A DNA stretch of 64,000 nucleotides from an uncultured candidatus Porisulfidus sp. (GCA_965215125.1 OZ244052.1:160001-224000), one strand, 5' to 3'. Positions 51,521-61,170 are shown, counted from the first letter of the stretch. Notes: a model not told the origin generated them from the sequence alone. Numbers and translations: made by a program.

Positions 51521-51859
51521 AGGTGAGTTGGTCTATAAGCCGGGTTCTGTTTCGACAGCCATCCATCTGGGATATATGTCGCCATATACCTCTAGCGGTT
51601 TACCCGAGAGTCTGCGCGGGCAACGCTTAACGCTCTCCTATTCAACCTTGCTCCAAGTGGGGTTTACCCTGCCATCGATGTTACCATCGGTGCGGTGTGC
51701 TCTTACCACGCCTTTTCACCCTTACCTCCGAAACGAGGCGGTATCTTTTCTGTGGCACTTTCCATGGACTTGCGTCCTCCAGATGTTATCTGGCACTCTG
51801 CCCTGCGGAGCCCGGACTTTCCTCTATGTATTGCCCATAGCGACTGTCCGACCAACTCT
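51521..51859 (-). ncRNA. rnpB: RNase P RNA, bacterial type A
   Basis: Minus strand: GAGTTGGTCGGACAGTCGC...GAGGAAAGTCCGGGCTC...GGAAAGTGCCACAGAAAA...GGTAAACCCCACTTGGAGCAAG...ACAGAACCCGGCTTATAGACCAACTC. Confidence 0.97.
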
Positions 51860-51959
51860 ACACAAGCATAACATACTTGGGATTTTGTCGCTTGCTTCGG
51901 CACCATCTGGGTCATCATAATTCGGTGGGTAAACGCGTTAATCATGCAGATACGACACA

Positions 51960-52085
51960 ACCACCCCATGGAAAGGCTTTACATTTTGTACTATGTATCA
52001 AGGTTCTGCACAATGTCGCGCCGTTTGTGCTACTGCAACAAACGGCGGTTCTGTTGCGCCTGCCACCCCTCCAAAGGAGGGGAAT
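51960..52085. repeat. ~126-bp composite repeat, copy B
   Basis: Aligns with 25228-25353. Hairpin at 52019-52047 carries compensatory changes. Confidence 0.85.
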
Positions 52086-52103
52086 GGATTGGTGTGAGCA
52101 CGG

Positions 52104-52175
52104 TGCCGAGGAGAGGACTTGAACCCCCAACCTTCGCATTACAAGTGCGCTGCACTACCATTGTGCTACCTCGGC
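52104..52175 (-). tRNA. tRNA-Thr(TGT)
   Basis: Reverse complement GCCGAGGTAGCACAATGGTAGTGCAGCGCACTTGTAATGCGAAGGTTGGGGGTTCAAGTCCTCTCCTCGGCA, followed by CCG rather than CCA. Confidence 0.94.
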
Positions 52176-52210
52176 ATGGGTCGTTCACCGCAAACCCGTA
52201 TTTCAATATA

Positions 52211-55200
52211 TCAACGGGTGGGTCTATATTCTATTCTAAGGCCTAAAATACCCGGGACACTTTTTATGCTTTCAAACATCTCTTTGCTAGGTTCCACTTT
52301 ACACGATTCGGATAGCACCATTCTGGTTTCGGCATCGGCATTACGAAATATGATATAAACCTTGCATCCTCCGGAGGGCTTCATAAATGGTTGCATCGAT
52401 GCAACCAGTTTATCGACCAACTCGGCTTTTGGAGATGAATCATCCAGACTGCCGGTATCCCATACGATGCTAAGATTTTTAGCAAACGATTGTTCGGCTT
52501 GCTCGAGCGTCATGATTCTTGAAGCTCGCCAGCGATCGTTTTTATTTTGAATATCGTAAGCCGCTTTATACACACCGACGACAACGATATCTTTATAAGA
52601 GAGCTTGTCTTTGCAGTTCTTATAATCGTTATCGAAGAGCGATAAATTGAGTCTATCGGTGCCGTCGTCGAGCGTGAAAAATGCAGCCGATTTCCCCTTT
52701 TTCTCTTTTTGCTCTTCGGATCCGTTATTTTGCCGGTTCGGAGATCTTCTATAAACAACCTTATGCTTAACCTTGTCCAATGTACCGGCAAGCCAAACCG
52801 CTTCTTTAGGGTCGTGCCTCGATGTTCTGATTGCTTGCTTGAAGTCATTGAGACTTTGATAATCAACGATGTTTTTTATTTTGTCGCTACATCTTGAAAC
52901 AGGATGTGCCGTCATATAAAAACCCAAACTGTTTTTTTCTTTCTCTAATAGTTGCGCTTCGGTTATAGTCTCGGTATTTTTATCGGGCATCTCGGAGACG
53001 GTATACGAAGCGTGCGTCTCGCCGAAGATACTCGCTTGACCCGCCTCGTTATCCCGGAAAGTTTTATCCGCCAAATCATAGACACTTTCCAGAGATTGCA
53101 GTGCCGAGGCTCTATCGGGTTCTATCTTATCAAAGGCACCGACCGATATTAGCAATTCGATTGTATTAGTTCTGAGTTTCGGCACGAGGCGGCGGCAAAA
53201 GTCCGTCAAAGATCGATAATCTCCTTCAGCTTCGCGTTCGTCTACGATGACTTTGATCATCTCATAGCCGACTTGGCGTATTGCGCCCAAGCCATAGAGT
53301 ATTTTCCCTTCTTCTATTTCCTTAAATTCGTAGTCCGAGCGGTTGATATCGGGCGGCACTATCGTCAATCCCAAGTTGCGACACTCACTCAGCAAATCTA
53401 TAATTTTGTCGGTATCCGACATCTCCGATGTCAATACCGCTGCCATAAAAGCACCGCCATAATTGCTCTTGAGCCAAGCGGTCTGATAGGCTACGAGTGC
53501 ATAAACAACCGAATGTGATTTATTGAAACCGTAATCGGCAAAATGGTCTATCAAACCAAAAAGTTTGGTTGCAACGCCGCGAGTCACACCGTTTGCCATC
53601 GCACCATCGACAAAAATTGCTCGCTGCTCCGCCATTTCTTCGGGAATTTTCTTACTCATTGCACGTCGCAAAATATCGGCTTCACCCAAAGTATAACCGG
53701 CGAGTACTCTCGCAATCTGCATAACCTGCTCTTGATACAAAATGACACCGTAGCTGGTACTTAATATCGGTTCTAATAACGGGTGTTGGTATTCGAATTC
53801 CTCACCGTGCTTACGGTTCGCATAGCTGTCGCCCATGCCGGCTTGCAACGGGCCCGGACGGTAGAGCGCAACGAGGGCGATGATATCTTCAAATTTATCG
53901 GGTTTTAATTTTTTGATTAAACGACGCATGCCATCCGACTCCAGCTGAAACACTGCAATTGTTTCGGCATTTTTCAACAAGCGATACGTCTTAAGGTCGT
54001 CCAACGGTATTTGCGAGATTTCGGGAACCGAGATACCGCGACGCTGAAGGTTCGCCAAAGTTTTGTTGATAATGGTTAAAGTTTTAAGCCCTAGAAAATC
54101 AAACTTCACCAAGCCTACTTTTTCTATATCTTTCATATCAAAGTGCGTTGCGGCATTTGGATGGTCGGCTTCTTTGTATAACGCAGTGTAATAGGTTAGC
54201 GGAGCGGGTGCGATGACTATACCGCCGGCGTGTTGGCCGACATTTCTAACCAAATTTTCTATATCCAAAGCACGATCAAACACCCTTTTGACTCTCGCTT
54301 CGTTATCGTAGCGTTTTTTCAGTTCGGGAGATTCTTCAAGGGCTTCGCTTAATTTGATATTCAAGCGCGACGGTATCAGCTTGACGATGTCGTCGCCCAG
54401 ACCGTAAGCATAGCCCAGCACGCGGGTCACATCGCGTATCGCCGCCTTAGCCCCTAGACTGCCGAAAGTGATAATCTGACCGACATTGTCTCGCCCGTAT
54501 CGCTCGACGACATATTGGATGACGCGATCCCGACCTTCTATGCAAAAATCAACATCCAAATCCGGCAACGATATGCGGTCGGGATTTAGAAAACGCTCAA
54601 AAAGCAGGTCGTATTTCAGAGGATCTATCTCGGTAATCCCCAACGCATAAGCGACCAAAGACCCTGCTCCCGAACCTCGCCCCGGACCGACCGGAATGTC
54701 GTTACGTCTGGCCCATAGGATAAAATCGGCAACGATTAGAAAATAACCTTCATAACCCATATCACTAATTACTTTCAGTTCTGCTTCCAGACGCTCGGTG
54801 TATGCGGCTTGATCCAAGTCGATATTTTTATCCAAGTAGTCCTTCAAACCTACGGAGGCATCCTGTCTTAGCTTATCTTCTACACTAATCTGCGCTTCCA
54901 TGGGAAAAGACGGTAAGTGTGTTTGCCCTAATTGAAGTTCTAGGGTACAGCGTTTCGCTATTTCTATACTGTTTCGTATCGCACTCGGTATGTCCTTGAA
55001 TGTTGCCGCCATCTCGTCGGCACTTTTGAGATATTGTTCGGGGCTGTATAAATCTTGTTGACGATGTTTATCGTTCAGAGTACGACCTTCGGCAATACAA
55101 ACCTTAATTTCGTGCGAATTAAAATCTTCTTTGTTCAAAAAACATACATCGTTGCTGGCAACCACCGGCAACGCCGCCCGTTTAGCCAATTTGATTGCCT

Positions 55201-55744
55201 TTGCCACATAATCGCTCTCGTTTTTTCGTTGGGTGTACTGGAGCTCCACATAAAAGCGATCTTTGAATACCGAAGTCCAAAATTCCACCAAGCGATCCAC
55301 CTGTAGGGACTCGTTTTTCAATAACGCCTGTGCGAGCGCACCTCGCAATGCACCCGAGAGTACCAACAACCCCTCGTTGTAACGTTCTAAATCCTCCCGT
55401 TTTACCGCAACTTTTGTGTCTCCGTGATTTGCCAGATAGGCGGTGGAAACCAAACGTGTTAGATTGCGGTAGCCGCGTTCATCCAAACATAGAACAACGC
55501 ATTGATCTCCGGCGGGTGCGGCGGCATCCGCGTGTATAGATAATTCGCATCCGATAATCGGTTTTATTCGGTGTTCAATCGCTTGAGTGTAAAACTTGAT
55601 TACCGCAAAAAGATTATTGGCATCGCTTATTGCAACCGCCGGAAGTTGCATTGCATTGGCTTTTTCAAAAAGCGCAGGTATACGCAATACACTGTCCTTA
55701 ATAGAGTACTCGGTATGTAAATGTAAGTGTACAAACTGGTTCAT
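52211..55744 (-). CDS. dnaE: DNA polymerase III alpha subunit
   Basis: FVHLHLHTEYS, GPGRGSGAGSLVAY, FERFLNPDRISLPDLDVDF, KFDFLGL, YGFNKSHS. ATG at 55744 (track uses TTG 55750). Confidence 0.98.
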   Translation of the reverse strand: MNQFVHLHLHTEYSIKDSVLRIPALFEKANAMQLPAVAISDANNLFAVIKFYTQAIEHRIKPIIGCELSIHADAAAPAGDQCVVLCLDERGYRNLTRLVSTAYLANHGDTKVAVKREDLERYNEGLLVLSGALRGALAQALLKNESLQVDRLVEFWTSVFKDRFYVELQYTQRKNESDYVAKAIKLAKRAALPVVASNDVCFLNKEDFNSHEIKVCIAEGRTLNDKHRQQDLYSPEQYLKSADEMAATFKDIPSAIRNSIEIAKRCTLELQLGQTHLPSFPMEAQISVEDKLRQDASVGLKDYLDKNIDLDQAAYTERLEAELKVISDMGYEGYFLIVADFILWARRNDIPVGPGRGSGAGSLVAYALGITEIDPLKYDLLFERFLNPDRISLPDLDVDFCIEGRDRVIQYVVERYGRDNVGQIITFGSLGAKAAIRDVTRVLGYAYGLGDDIVKLIPSRLNIKLSEALEESPELKKRYDNEARVKRVFDRALDIENLVRNVGQHAGGIVIAPAPLTYYTALYKEADHPNAATHFDMKDIEKVGLVKFDFLGLKTLTIINKTLANLQRRGISVPEISQIPLDDLKTYRLLKNAETIAVFQLESDGMRRLIKKLKPDKFEDIIALVALYRPGPLQAGMGDSYANRKHGEEFEYQHPLLEPILSTSYGVILYQEQVMQIARVLAGYTLGEADILRRAMSKKIPEEMAEQRAIFVDGAMANGVTRGVATKLFGLIDHFADYGFNKSHSVVYALVAYQTAWLKSNYGGAFMAAVLTSEMSDTDKIIDLLSECRNLGLTIVPPDINRSDYEFKEIEEGKILYGLGAIRQVGYEMIKVIVDEREAEGDYRSLTDFCRRLVPKLRTNTIELLISVGAFDKIEPDRASALQSLESVYDLADKTFRDNEAGQASIFGETHASYTVSEMPDKNTETITEAQLLEKEKNSLGFYMTAHPVSRCSDKIKNIVDYQSLNDFKQAIRTSRHDPKEAVWLAGTLDKVKHKVVYRRSPNRQNNGSEEQKEKKGKSAAFFTLDDGTDRLNLSLFDNDYKNCKDKLSYKDIVVVGVYKAAYDIQNKNDRWRASRIMTLEQAEQSFAKNLSIVWDTGSLDDSSPKAELVDKLVASMQPFMKPSGGCKVYIIFRNADAETRMVLSESCKVEPSKEMFESIKSVPGILGLRIEYRPTR

Positions 55745-55771
55745 AATCAATATCCGATGTTTTTTGTCGGT

Positions 55772-56422
55772 TCACAATTCGTTTCTCTCGTCCAAGGGCA
55801 GCGACACTTGAGTAATCGCTTCGCGCACTTTAACCCAACTCATTCTATGCAAAGCGCAACTACCGTGGTTCGTTAGTGCGAGCTTGTGCTTGCGGGTTGC
55901 ATAGCCTTTGTGTTCGGCAAAATGATACGACGGATATTTATCCGCCAACAGTCGCATCTGCCGATCCCGCGTTGTTTTAGCCAAAATAGAGGCTGCTGCA
56001 ATACACGTCGTTCGGTCATCTCCGGCAATAATCGCATTGCACGGAATATCGCTTTGCGGACAACGATTACCGTCTATCAATACGCGCTGCGGTTTAGGAT
56101 CTAAACCTTCTATCGCCCTTTGCATCGCCAGCAGCGTTGCGTTGAGTATGTTTACGCGATCTATTTCATCGCTATCGGCACTGCCTATAGCCCAAGCACG
56201 CGCACTGTCTTTGATTTTATCGGCAAGATACTCGCGGCGAGCCGGCGATAACTTTTTCGAGTCTACGCAACCGTCTATGGTTTGCTCGGAAGCCAAAATA
56301 ACCGCAGCGGCAACCACCGGTCCCGCCAAAGCACCGCGTCCCGCTTCATCTACACCGGCGATATAGGTCTCGGCGAAGCGCGGGATCGCTTGATGCCTCA
56401 AGATAACATTCTTATAATTCAC
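55772..56422 (-). CDS. rnhB: Ribonuclease HII
   Basis: AGVDEAGRGALAGPVVAAAV, DSKKL, IAAASILAK, HKGY. Upstream of dnaE. Confidence 0.97.
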   Translation of the reverse strand: MNYKNVILRHQAIPRFAETYIAGVDEAGRGALAGPVVAAAVILASEQTIDGCVDSKKLSPARREYLADKIKDSARAWAIGSADSDEIDRVNILNATLLAMQRAIEGLDPKPQRVLIDGNRCPQSDIPCNAIIAGDDRTTCIAAASILAKTTRDRQMRLLADKYPSYHFAEHKGYATRKHKLALTNHGSCALHRMSWVKVREAITQVSLPLDERNEL

Positions 56423-56518
56423 GGTTTATTCTTGCGTTTTTTGTATTGGCAAGAAACTATTATAATGCGTTCACCCATTTAATTTATGATTACATAATAA
56501 CCACCCGTAGAGGCGACC

Positions 56519-56590
56519 ATTCCCCTCCACAGGAGGGGAATTAACCACCCCGTCAGGCACAGCCTGCCACCCCTCCACAGGAGGGGAATG
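56519..56590. repeat. REP-like doublet (48-bp unit family)
   Basis: ATTCCCCTCCACAGGAGGGGAAT-TAACCACCCCGTCAGGCACAGCCTGCCACCCCTCCACAGGAGGGGAATG. Confidence 0.9.
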
Positions 56591-56598
56591 TACTGTCT

Positions 56599-56892
56599 CT
56601 ACGGATGATAATCGTAATAATTTTTTGCCAGATATTCTACGACGATGTGCGTTTGTTTTTCGCTCCAATCGAGTTTGAGTTGATCTTTACAATAACGCAC
56701 ACGCTGTTTCAATTCTTCGTAATTTTTAGCAAGGCGATCCTTGCGTGTATATAAAACTTTTGCGTCACCGCTTACCATTTGCTCGTGACAAGCAACACAT
56801 TCGGCGTTATAGTGCGGTGGTATGTTATCGTTTGCGGCTACGGCTACATTGAGTGCGGAGCATATAATCGCACAAAGAATTTTTTTAATCAT
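56599..56892 (-). CDS. Periplasmic monoheme cytochrome c, green-heme-protein-like
   Basis: Signal peptide, CVACH heme motif, LYTRKDR...LKQRVRYC...W...YL...YY pattern. Confidence 0.8.
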   Translation of the reverse strand: MIKKILCAIICSALNVAVAANDNIPPHYNAECVACHEQMVSGDAKVLYTRKDRLAKNYEELKQRVRYCKDQLKLDWSEKQTHIVVEYLAKNYYDYHP

Positions 56893-56918
56893 TGCTTTTT
56901 CATTTATAATGAATCTTT

Positions 56919-57476
56919 ATGGCGGTTGATAAGTTTAACCTAATTTGGATAGATCTTGAAATGACGGGTCTAGATTGTTTCTCTGATTATATAATAGAGA
57001 TTGCAACTATAATCACGGACAAAGCATTAGATATTATTGAAGAAGGACCGGCACTGGTGATTTACCAGTCCGAAAATATACTTGAACAGATGGATAAGTG
57101 GAACAAAAAACACCATACCGCTTCGGGCTTGTTGGACGAGGTCAGACAAAGTGATATCGGCATCGCGGAAGCCGAAGCACAAACGCTCGAATTTCTAAAG
57201 AAACACATTTCCGCGAATTGCTCCCCGATGTGCGGCAACAGTATATGCCAAGATCGCCGCTTTCTAGCTCGCCTGATGCCCGAACTCGAAAGATTTTTCC
57301 ATTACAGAAATTTGGATGTCAGCACACTCAAAGAATTGGCCTCTCGCTGGGCTCCTGATGTCGTCTATCAAAGTAATACAGTTACCAGCCATCGCGCAAA
57401 ACAAGATATCTACGGCTCTATAGAGGAACTCAAGCATTATAGAGAACATTTTATACAAGCAACCGCGAGTACTTGA
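56919..57476 (+). CDS. orn: Oligoribonuclease
   Basis: LIWIDLEMTGL, SPMCGNSICQDRRFL, HYRNLDVSTLKEL. Confidence 0.98.
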   Translation: MAVDKFNLIWIDLEMTGLDCFSDYIIEIATIITDKALDIIEEGPALVIYQSENILEQMDKWNKKHHTASGLLDEVRQSDIGIAEAEAQTLEFLKKHISANCSPMCGNSICQDRRFLARLMPELERFFHYRNLDVSTLKELASRWAPDVVYQSNTVTSHRAKQDIYGSIEELKHYREHFIQATAST

Positions 57477-57929
57477 TTGATGCAAAACGAGGCAAATAAA
57501 ACATTTTGGTGGCGTAAGCGGGCAACCGTCATACAATGCAAAGACGGTTTTGCAACGGTGCGCATGCACGCCGACAACGACGGTTGTGAAGGCTGTGGCG
57601 GATTTAAGCAAAATATCTGCGCACTTTATACTTTTGGTTCCATTTTTTCACGGCATCGCGATATTTGGCAAGTGCCCACGAAGCATCTTTTTGAAAGCGG
57701 AACCGAAGTGCAACTTGCCGTTCATTCGGATATCTTGCTAAAAATTGCTGCATTTTGCTACGGCTTACCCGTAGCAATACTAGTCATTACTGCGACTGTC
57801 ACTCATTTGCTGTTAGGCATAGAATGGCTAACCGCCTTAATAGGACTGGGTAGCGTCGCTGCCTCGTATCTATGGATAAAACGGTGGCTGTTTTCTCTTG
57901 ACTTATTCGGCATTCAGTTAACCCGATGA
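57477..57929 (+). CDS. rseC: RseC/MucC family protein
   Basis: CEGCG...C motif, YGLP followed by two TM helices, upstream of degP/mucD. Confidence 0.78.
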   Translation: MMQNEANKTFWWRKRATVIQCKDGFATVRMHADNDGCEGCGGFKQNICALYTFGSIFSRHRDIWQVPTKHLFESGTEVQLAVHSDILLKIAAFCYGLPVAILVITATVTHLLLGIEWLTALIGLGSVAASYLWIKRWLFSLDLFGIQLTR

Positions 57930-59314
57930 CCCGATATTTATATATCCTTATTGCCGTTCTAATCTGCCCACCGCTATCGGCACAGACTGCGCTACCGGAT
58001 TTCTCCGAGCTCGCCGAGCGCGCAGCACCGGCAGTCGTCAATATCAGCGTTATCAATAAACCTCGCAAAAGAACACTTAAAAAACCAGAAGAGTTTCCCG
58101 ATAATATCCCATGGGAAGACTTTATAGAAAAATTCATGCCACCCGATGAAATACCGCAACCGCCCAATAAAAATTCGGTAGGATCGGGTTTCATCATCAG
58201 CTCCGACGGAGAAATTATTAGCAACTATCATGTCGTCAAAGATGCAGATCAAATCATTGTCAAATTAAACGACCGTCGCGAGATGGGCGCCGAGGTTATA
58301 GGCTTTGACGAACTCAGCGATGTTGTGCTTTTGAAAATAGATGCCGAGAATTTACCAACCCTCGCGATGGGGTCATCCGAGTCCTTAAAAGTCGGACAAT
58401 GGGTGCTTGCCATCGGTGCGCCTTTCGGCTTTGATTATACGGTTACCGCCGGCATCGTCAGTGCCAAAGGGCGTAGCTTGCCGGACAGCAACTATGTACC
58501 TTTCCTGCAGACCGATGTTGCGATTAATCCGGGTAACTCGGGTGGCCCGTTGTTCAATTTAGACGGCGAGGTCGTCGGCATCAATTCTCAAATTTATAGC
58601 CGAACCGGCAGTTATTCCGGTTTATCCTTCGCGGTGCCTATAGACCTCGCACTCAATATAGTCGAGCAATTAAAAGATACCGGTGAAGTCGTGCGCGGTT
58701 GGCTGGGCATCTATATACAAGAAATCACCGGCGACCTATCCGAATCTTTTAATCTAGACAGACCCATAGGCGCATTGGTCAGTCGCGTCATCAAAGACAG
58801 TCCGGCGGAGAAAGCCGGTATAGAAGTAGGCGATATCGTATTGCGTTTCAACGATATGGAGATTGAGTCTTCCTCTATGCTACCGCCTATGGTCGGTAGT
58901 GTGTCGGCAGGAGAGGAAGCGATTGTAGAAATACTGCGAGACGATCAAATAATCGATATAGAAGTCACGATTGAACGGCTACCCTCGGATTCGACTGTAG
59001 CAATGGGTGCAAATATAAAACCCCAAAACTCCGAGATACTCGGCATGACATTGGAGGAACTGGATTCGGAACAAAGAGAAAAACCAAACTTCAAGGAAGG
59101 CGGTTTGGTTGTAAAGAGTATAGAAGACGGTGATGCCAAAAAAGCAGGCATACAAGAAGGCGATATATTGATTATGCTGAACAACCAACGTTTTGAAACA
59201 GTAGAACAGTTTGAAGAAATCGTAGACGAACTCCCCAAAGATCGTTTTGTTGCGTTGCTGGTAATCAGAGGTAGTGAAAATCCGTTGTTTATCGCACTGA
59301 AATTGTCCGACTAA
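57926..59314 (+). CDS. DegP/DegQ/MucD periplasmic serine protease with two PDZ domains
   Basis: LPDFSELAE..PAVVNI, GSGFIIS, NYHVV, QTDVAINPGNSGGPL, RGWLG. Confidence 0.96.
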   Translation: MTRYLYILIAVLICPPLSAQTALPDFSELAERAAPAVVNISVINKPRKRTLKKPEEFPDNIPWEDFIEKFMPPDEIPQPPNKNSVGSGFIISSDGEIISNYHVVKDADQIIVKLNDRREMGAEVIGFDELSDVVLLKIDAENLPTLAMGSSESLKVGQWVLAIGAPFGFDYTVTAGIVSAKGRSLPDSNYVPFLQTDVAINPGNSGGPLFNLDGEVVGINSQIYSRTGSYSGLSFAVPIDLALNIVEQLKDTGEVVRGWLGIYIQEITGDLSESFNLDRPIGALVSRVIKDSPAEKAGIEVGDIVLRFNDMEIESSSMLPPMVGSVSAGEEAIVEILRDDQIIDIEVTIERLPSDSTVAMGANIKPQNSEILGMTLEELDSEQREKPNFKEGGLVVKSIEDGDAKKAGIQEGDILIMLNNQRFETVEQFEEIVDELPKDRFVALLVIRGSENPLFIALKLSD

Positions 59315-59322
59315 GATAAGCC

Positions 59323-60126
59323 ATGCGTGTCGGTTTTTTGAAAATAATTTTCTTATTCGTGATACTCACATTCATTCTATGTTCACAAGCACAAGCACAA
59401 AAGAACCGTCCACAGAATGAGCAGACGAAACAGATGCAACAAATACCGGCGACCGCCGATAAAAGCGTAGAAAATTATCATCGGCGAGGCATCGTGACGG
59501 CCAAAAACCGATTGAAAATAAATAGTCAAATAAGTGCAGCCGTCTCTAAATTACATACCGAAGAAGGTGCACAATTCAAGAAAAACGACTTGCTGATCGA
59601 GTTTGATTGCTCTATAGAACGCGCCGCACTTGAGGAAGCCAGACTCTCGCATGAAGTTGCAAAGTTTGACTATGATAAAAAACAACGCGAAGCCGAAGAG
59701 ATGCCGGTATCACCACAATCTTTGGAATTACTAAAACTGAAAACCGAACTTGCACTGACAAAACTTAACCATATACGCGAGCGTACGAAAAACTGCCGAT
59801 TACTCGCCCCGTTTGCCGGGCGCGTTCTCAAAATACTGGTGCGTGAATACGAAACCTCCGCCGCACTCGCACCGGTTATGGAAGTCGTCGATAATCAGCC
59901 TTTTTATTTCCGAGTCTTTTTGCCGTGGAAATGGCTGAAAAAACTCTCAATCGGCGATCCGGTAAAAGTTGATATAATGGGTAAAAACTACCCTGCCGAG
60001 CTAGCCGATTTATCACAGGAAGTTGATCCGCTTGACCAGAGCGTTAAGGCTTTGCTCAAATTCAAATCACAGGATGGATTGAAACTAGGCATGAATGGTA
60101 TTGCAAAATTCAATGTACTGAAGTAA
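59323..60126 (+). CDS. Short membrane fusion protein (RND/T1SS periplasmic adaptor)
   Basis: Lipoyl-like halves (EEGAQFKKNDLLIEFDC; LLAPFAGRV), alpha hairpin, VDPLDQSVK...LKLGMNG. Confidence 0.85.
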   Translation: MRVGFLKIIFLFVILTFILCSQAQAQKNRPQNEQTKQMQQIPATADKSVENYHRRGIVTAKNRLKINSQISAAVSKLHTEEGAQFKKNDLLIEFDCSIERAALEEARLSHEVAKFDYDKKQREAEEMPVSPQSLELLKLKTELALTKLNHIRERTKNCRLLAPFAGRVLKILVREYETSAALAPVMEVVDNQPFYFRVFLPWKWLKKLSIGDPVKVDIMGKNYPAELADLSQEVDPLDQSVKALLKFKSQDGLKLGMNGIAKFNVLK

Positions 60127-60139
60127 AAATAAGCAGACG

Positions 60140-61024
60140 ATGAAATTACCCGAACTTAAAGCACAACACTACGAACTACTGTGGATAGGCCTCGTTTCGA
60201 TAGTTGTCCTCGTCTCAATCATTATCATAATAAAAGACGATTTATTCAAAGAAGGCGTTATAGAAGATAATTGGGAAATCGTCAACGATGAAACTTCCAG
60301 CCATAACGACAAAGTGGAAGCCCTGAAATACTTGCTGATACAAAAGGAGCCGGTCGGCGACAAACTTGACTTCTCCGTAGCGAAACATATTTTTCAGGGC
60401 ATAGATCTTTCACCCGAAACACTGGAAGCTAAAAAGGGTGTCGGCTTGGAACGTATATATCTTAAGCAGGTAAATCTCTCCGAGGTAAACTTGTCCGATG
60501 CAAACCTAAGCGATGCGGTTCTCTCCGAGGCAAATCTCACCGCCGCCCGTCTACACGATACAAACCTCACCGGTGCCGACCTCTCGGGAGCTAATCTATC
60601 GAGAGCAAACCTCTCCGGTGCAAACCTCTCGGGAGCGAACCTTAGCGGTGCCAATCTTTTTGCGACCGACCTCACCGCCGCCAATCTCAGCAATGCCGTT
60701 TTCTCCGATGCGAATCTTTTTGCCGTGAATTTTAGTGCAACAAATCTCGCCGATACGATACTAGACGAGGGAACGGTGATTGACCACCCATGGTCATGGG
60801 AATCTTCCGGCGAACAACATCCCGAAGCCTTCCTTCCGATAGGAATTCCTAAAAATTGGGAGACGGTTCTGAAGCCCGATTATCTATGCAAAACATATAG
60901 TAACCTTGTGAACATTGAGACTACAAAAAAGGAAATTAAACAAAAAATGGAAAAACGCTGTAGACCTTATGTGCCACCGCCACCACCGCCGGTAGAACCT
61001 CAACCCGACATTAGAACCCCCTGA
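60140..61024 (+). CDS. Membrane-anchored pentapeptide repeat protein
   Basis: N-terminal TM, about 20 A(D/N)Lxx pentapeptides, Pro-rich C-terminus. Confidence 0.92.
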   Translation: MKLPELKAQHYELLWIGLVSIVVLVSIIIIIKDDLFKEGVIEDNWEIVNDETSSHNDKVEALKYLLIQKEPVGDKLDFSVAKHIFQGIDLSPETLEAKKGVGLERIYLKQVNLSEVNLSDANLSDAVLSEANLTAARLHDTNLTGADLSGANLSRANLSGANLSGANLSGANLFATDLTAANLSNAVFSDANLFAVNFSATNLADTILDEGTVIDHPWSWESSGEQHPEAFLPIGIPKNWETVLKPDYLCKTYSNLVNIETTKKEIKQKMEKRCRPYVPPPPPPVEPQPDIRTP

Positions 61025-61170
61025 TTTGTCGGAACCATAGGGTGTCATTCTGCACCGACCCCATCATTCGCTCTACCCGATTATGGTTACCCCAAATTGG
61101 GTGTCGCAAGCCTTCCTCTACAACTCTTCGGAAATATTGAAGATAAAGCCAATGCGTTGTGGTACCGGGA

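Noticed and set aside
51528-52358. ORFs called over 51.5-52.3 kb
   Set aside because: They overlap rnpB, the composite repeat and tRNA-Thr.
52211-55744. Intein or split in dnaE
   Set aside because: Normal length with continuous motifs and no intein signatures.
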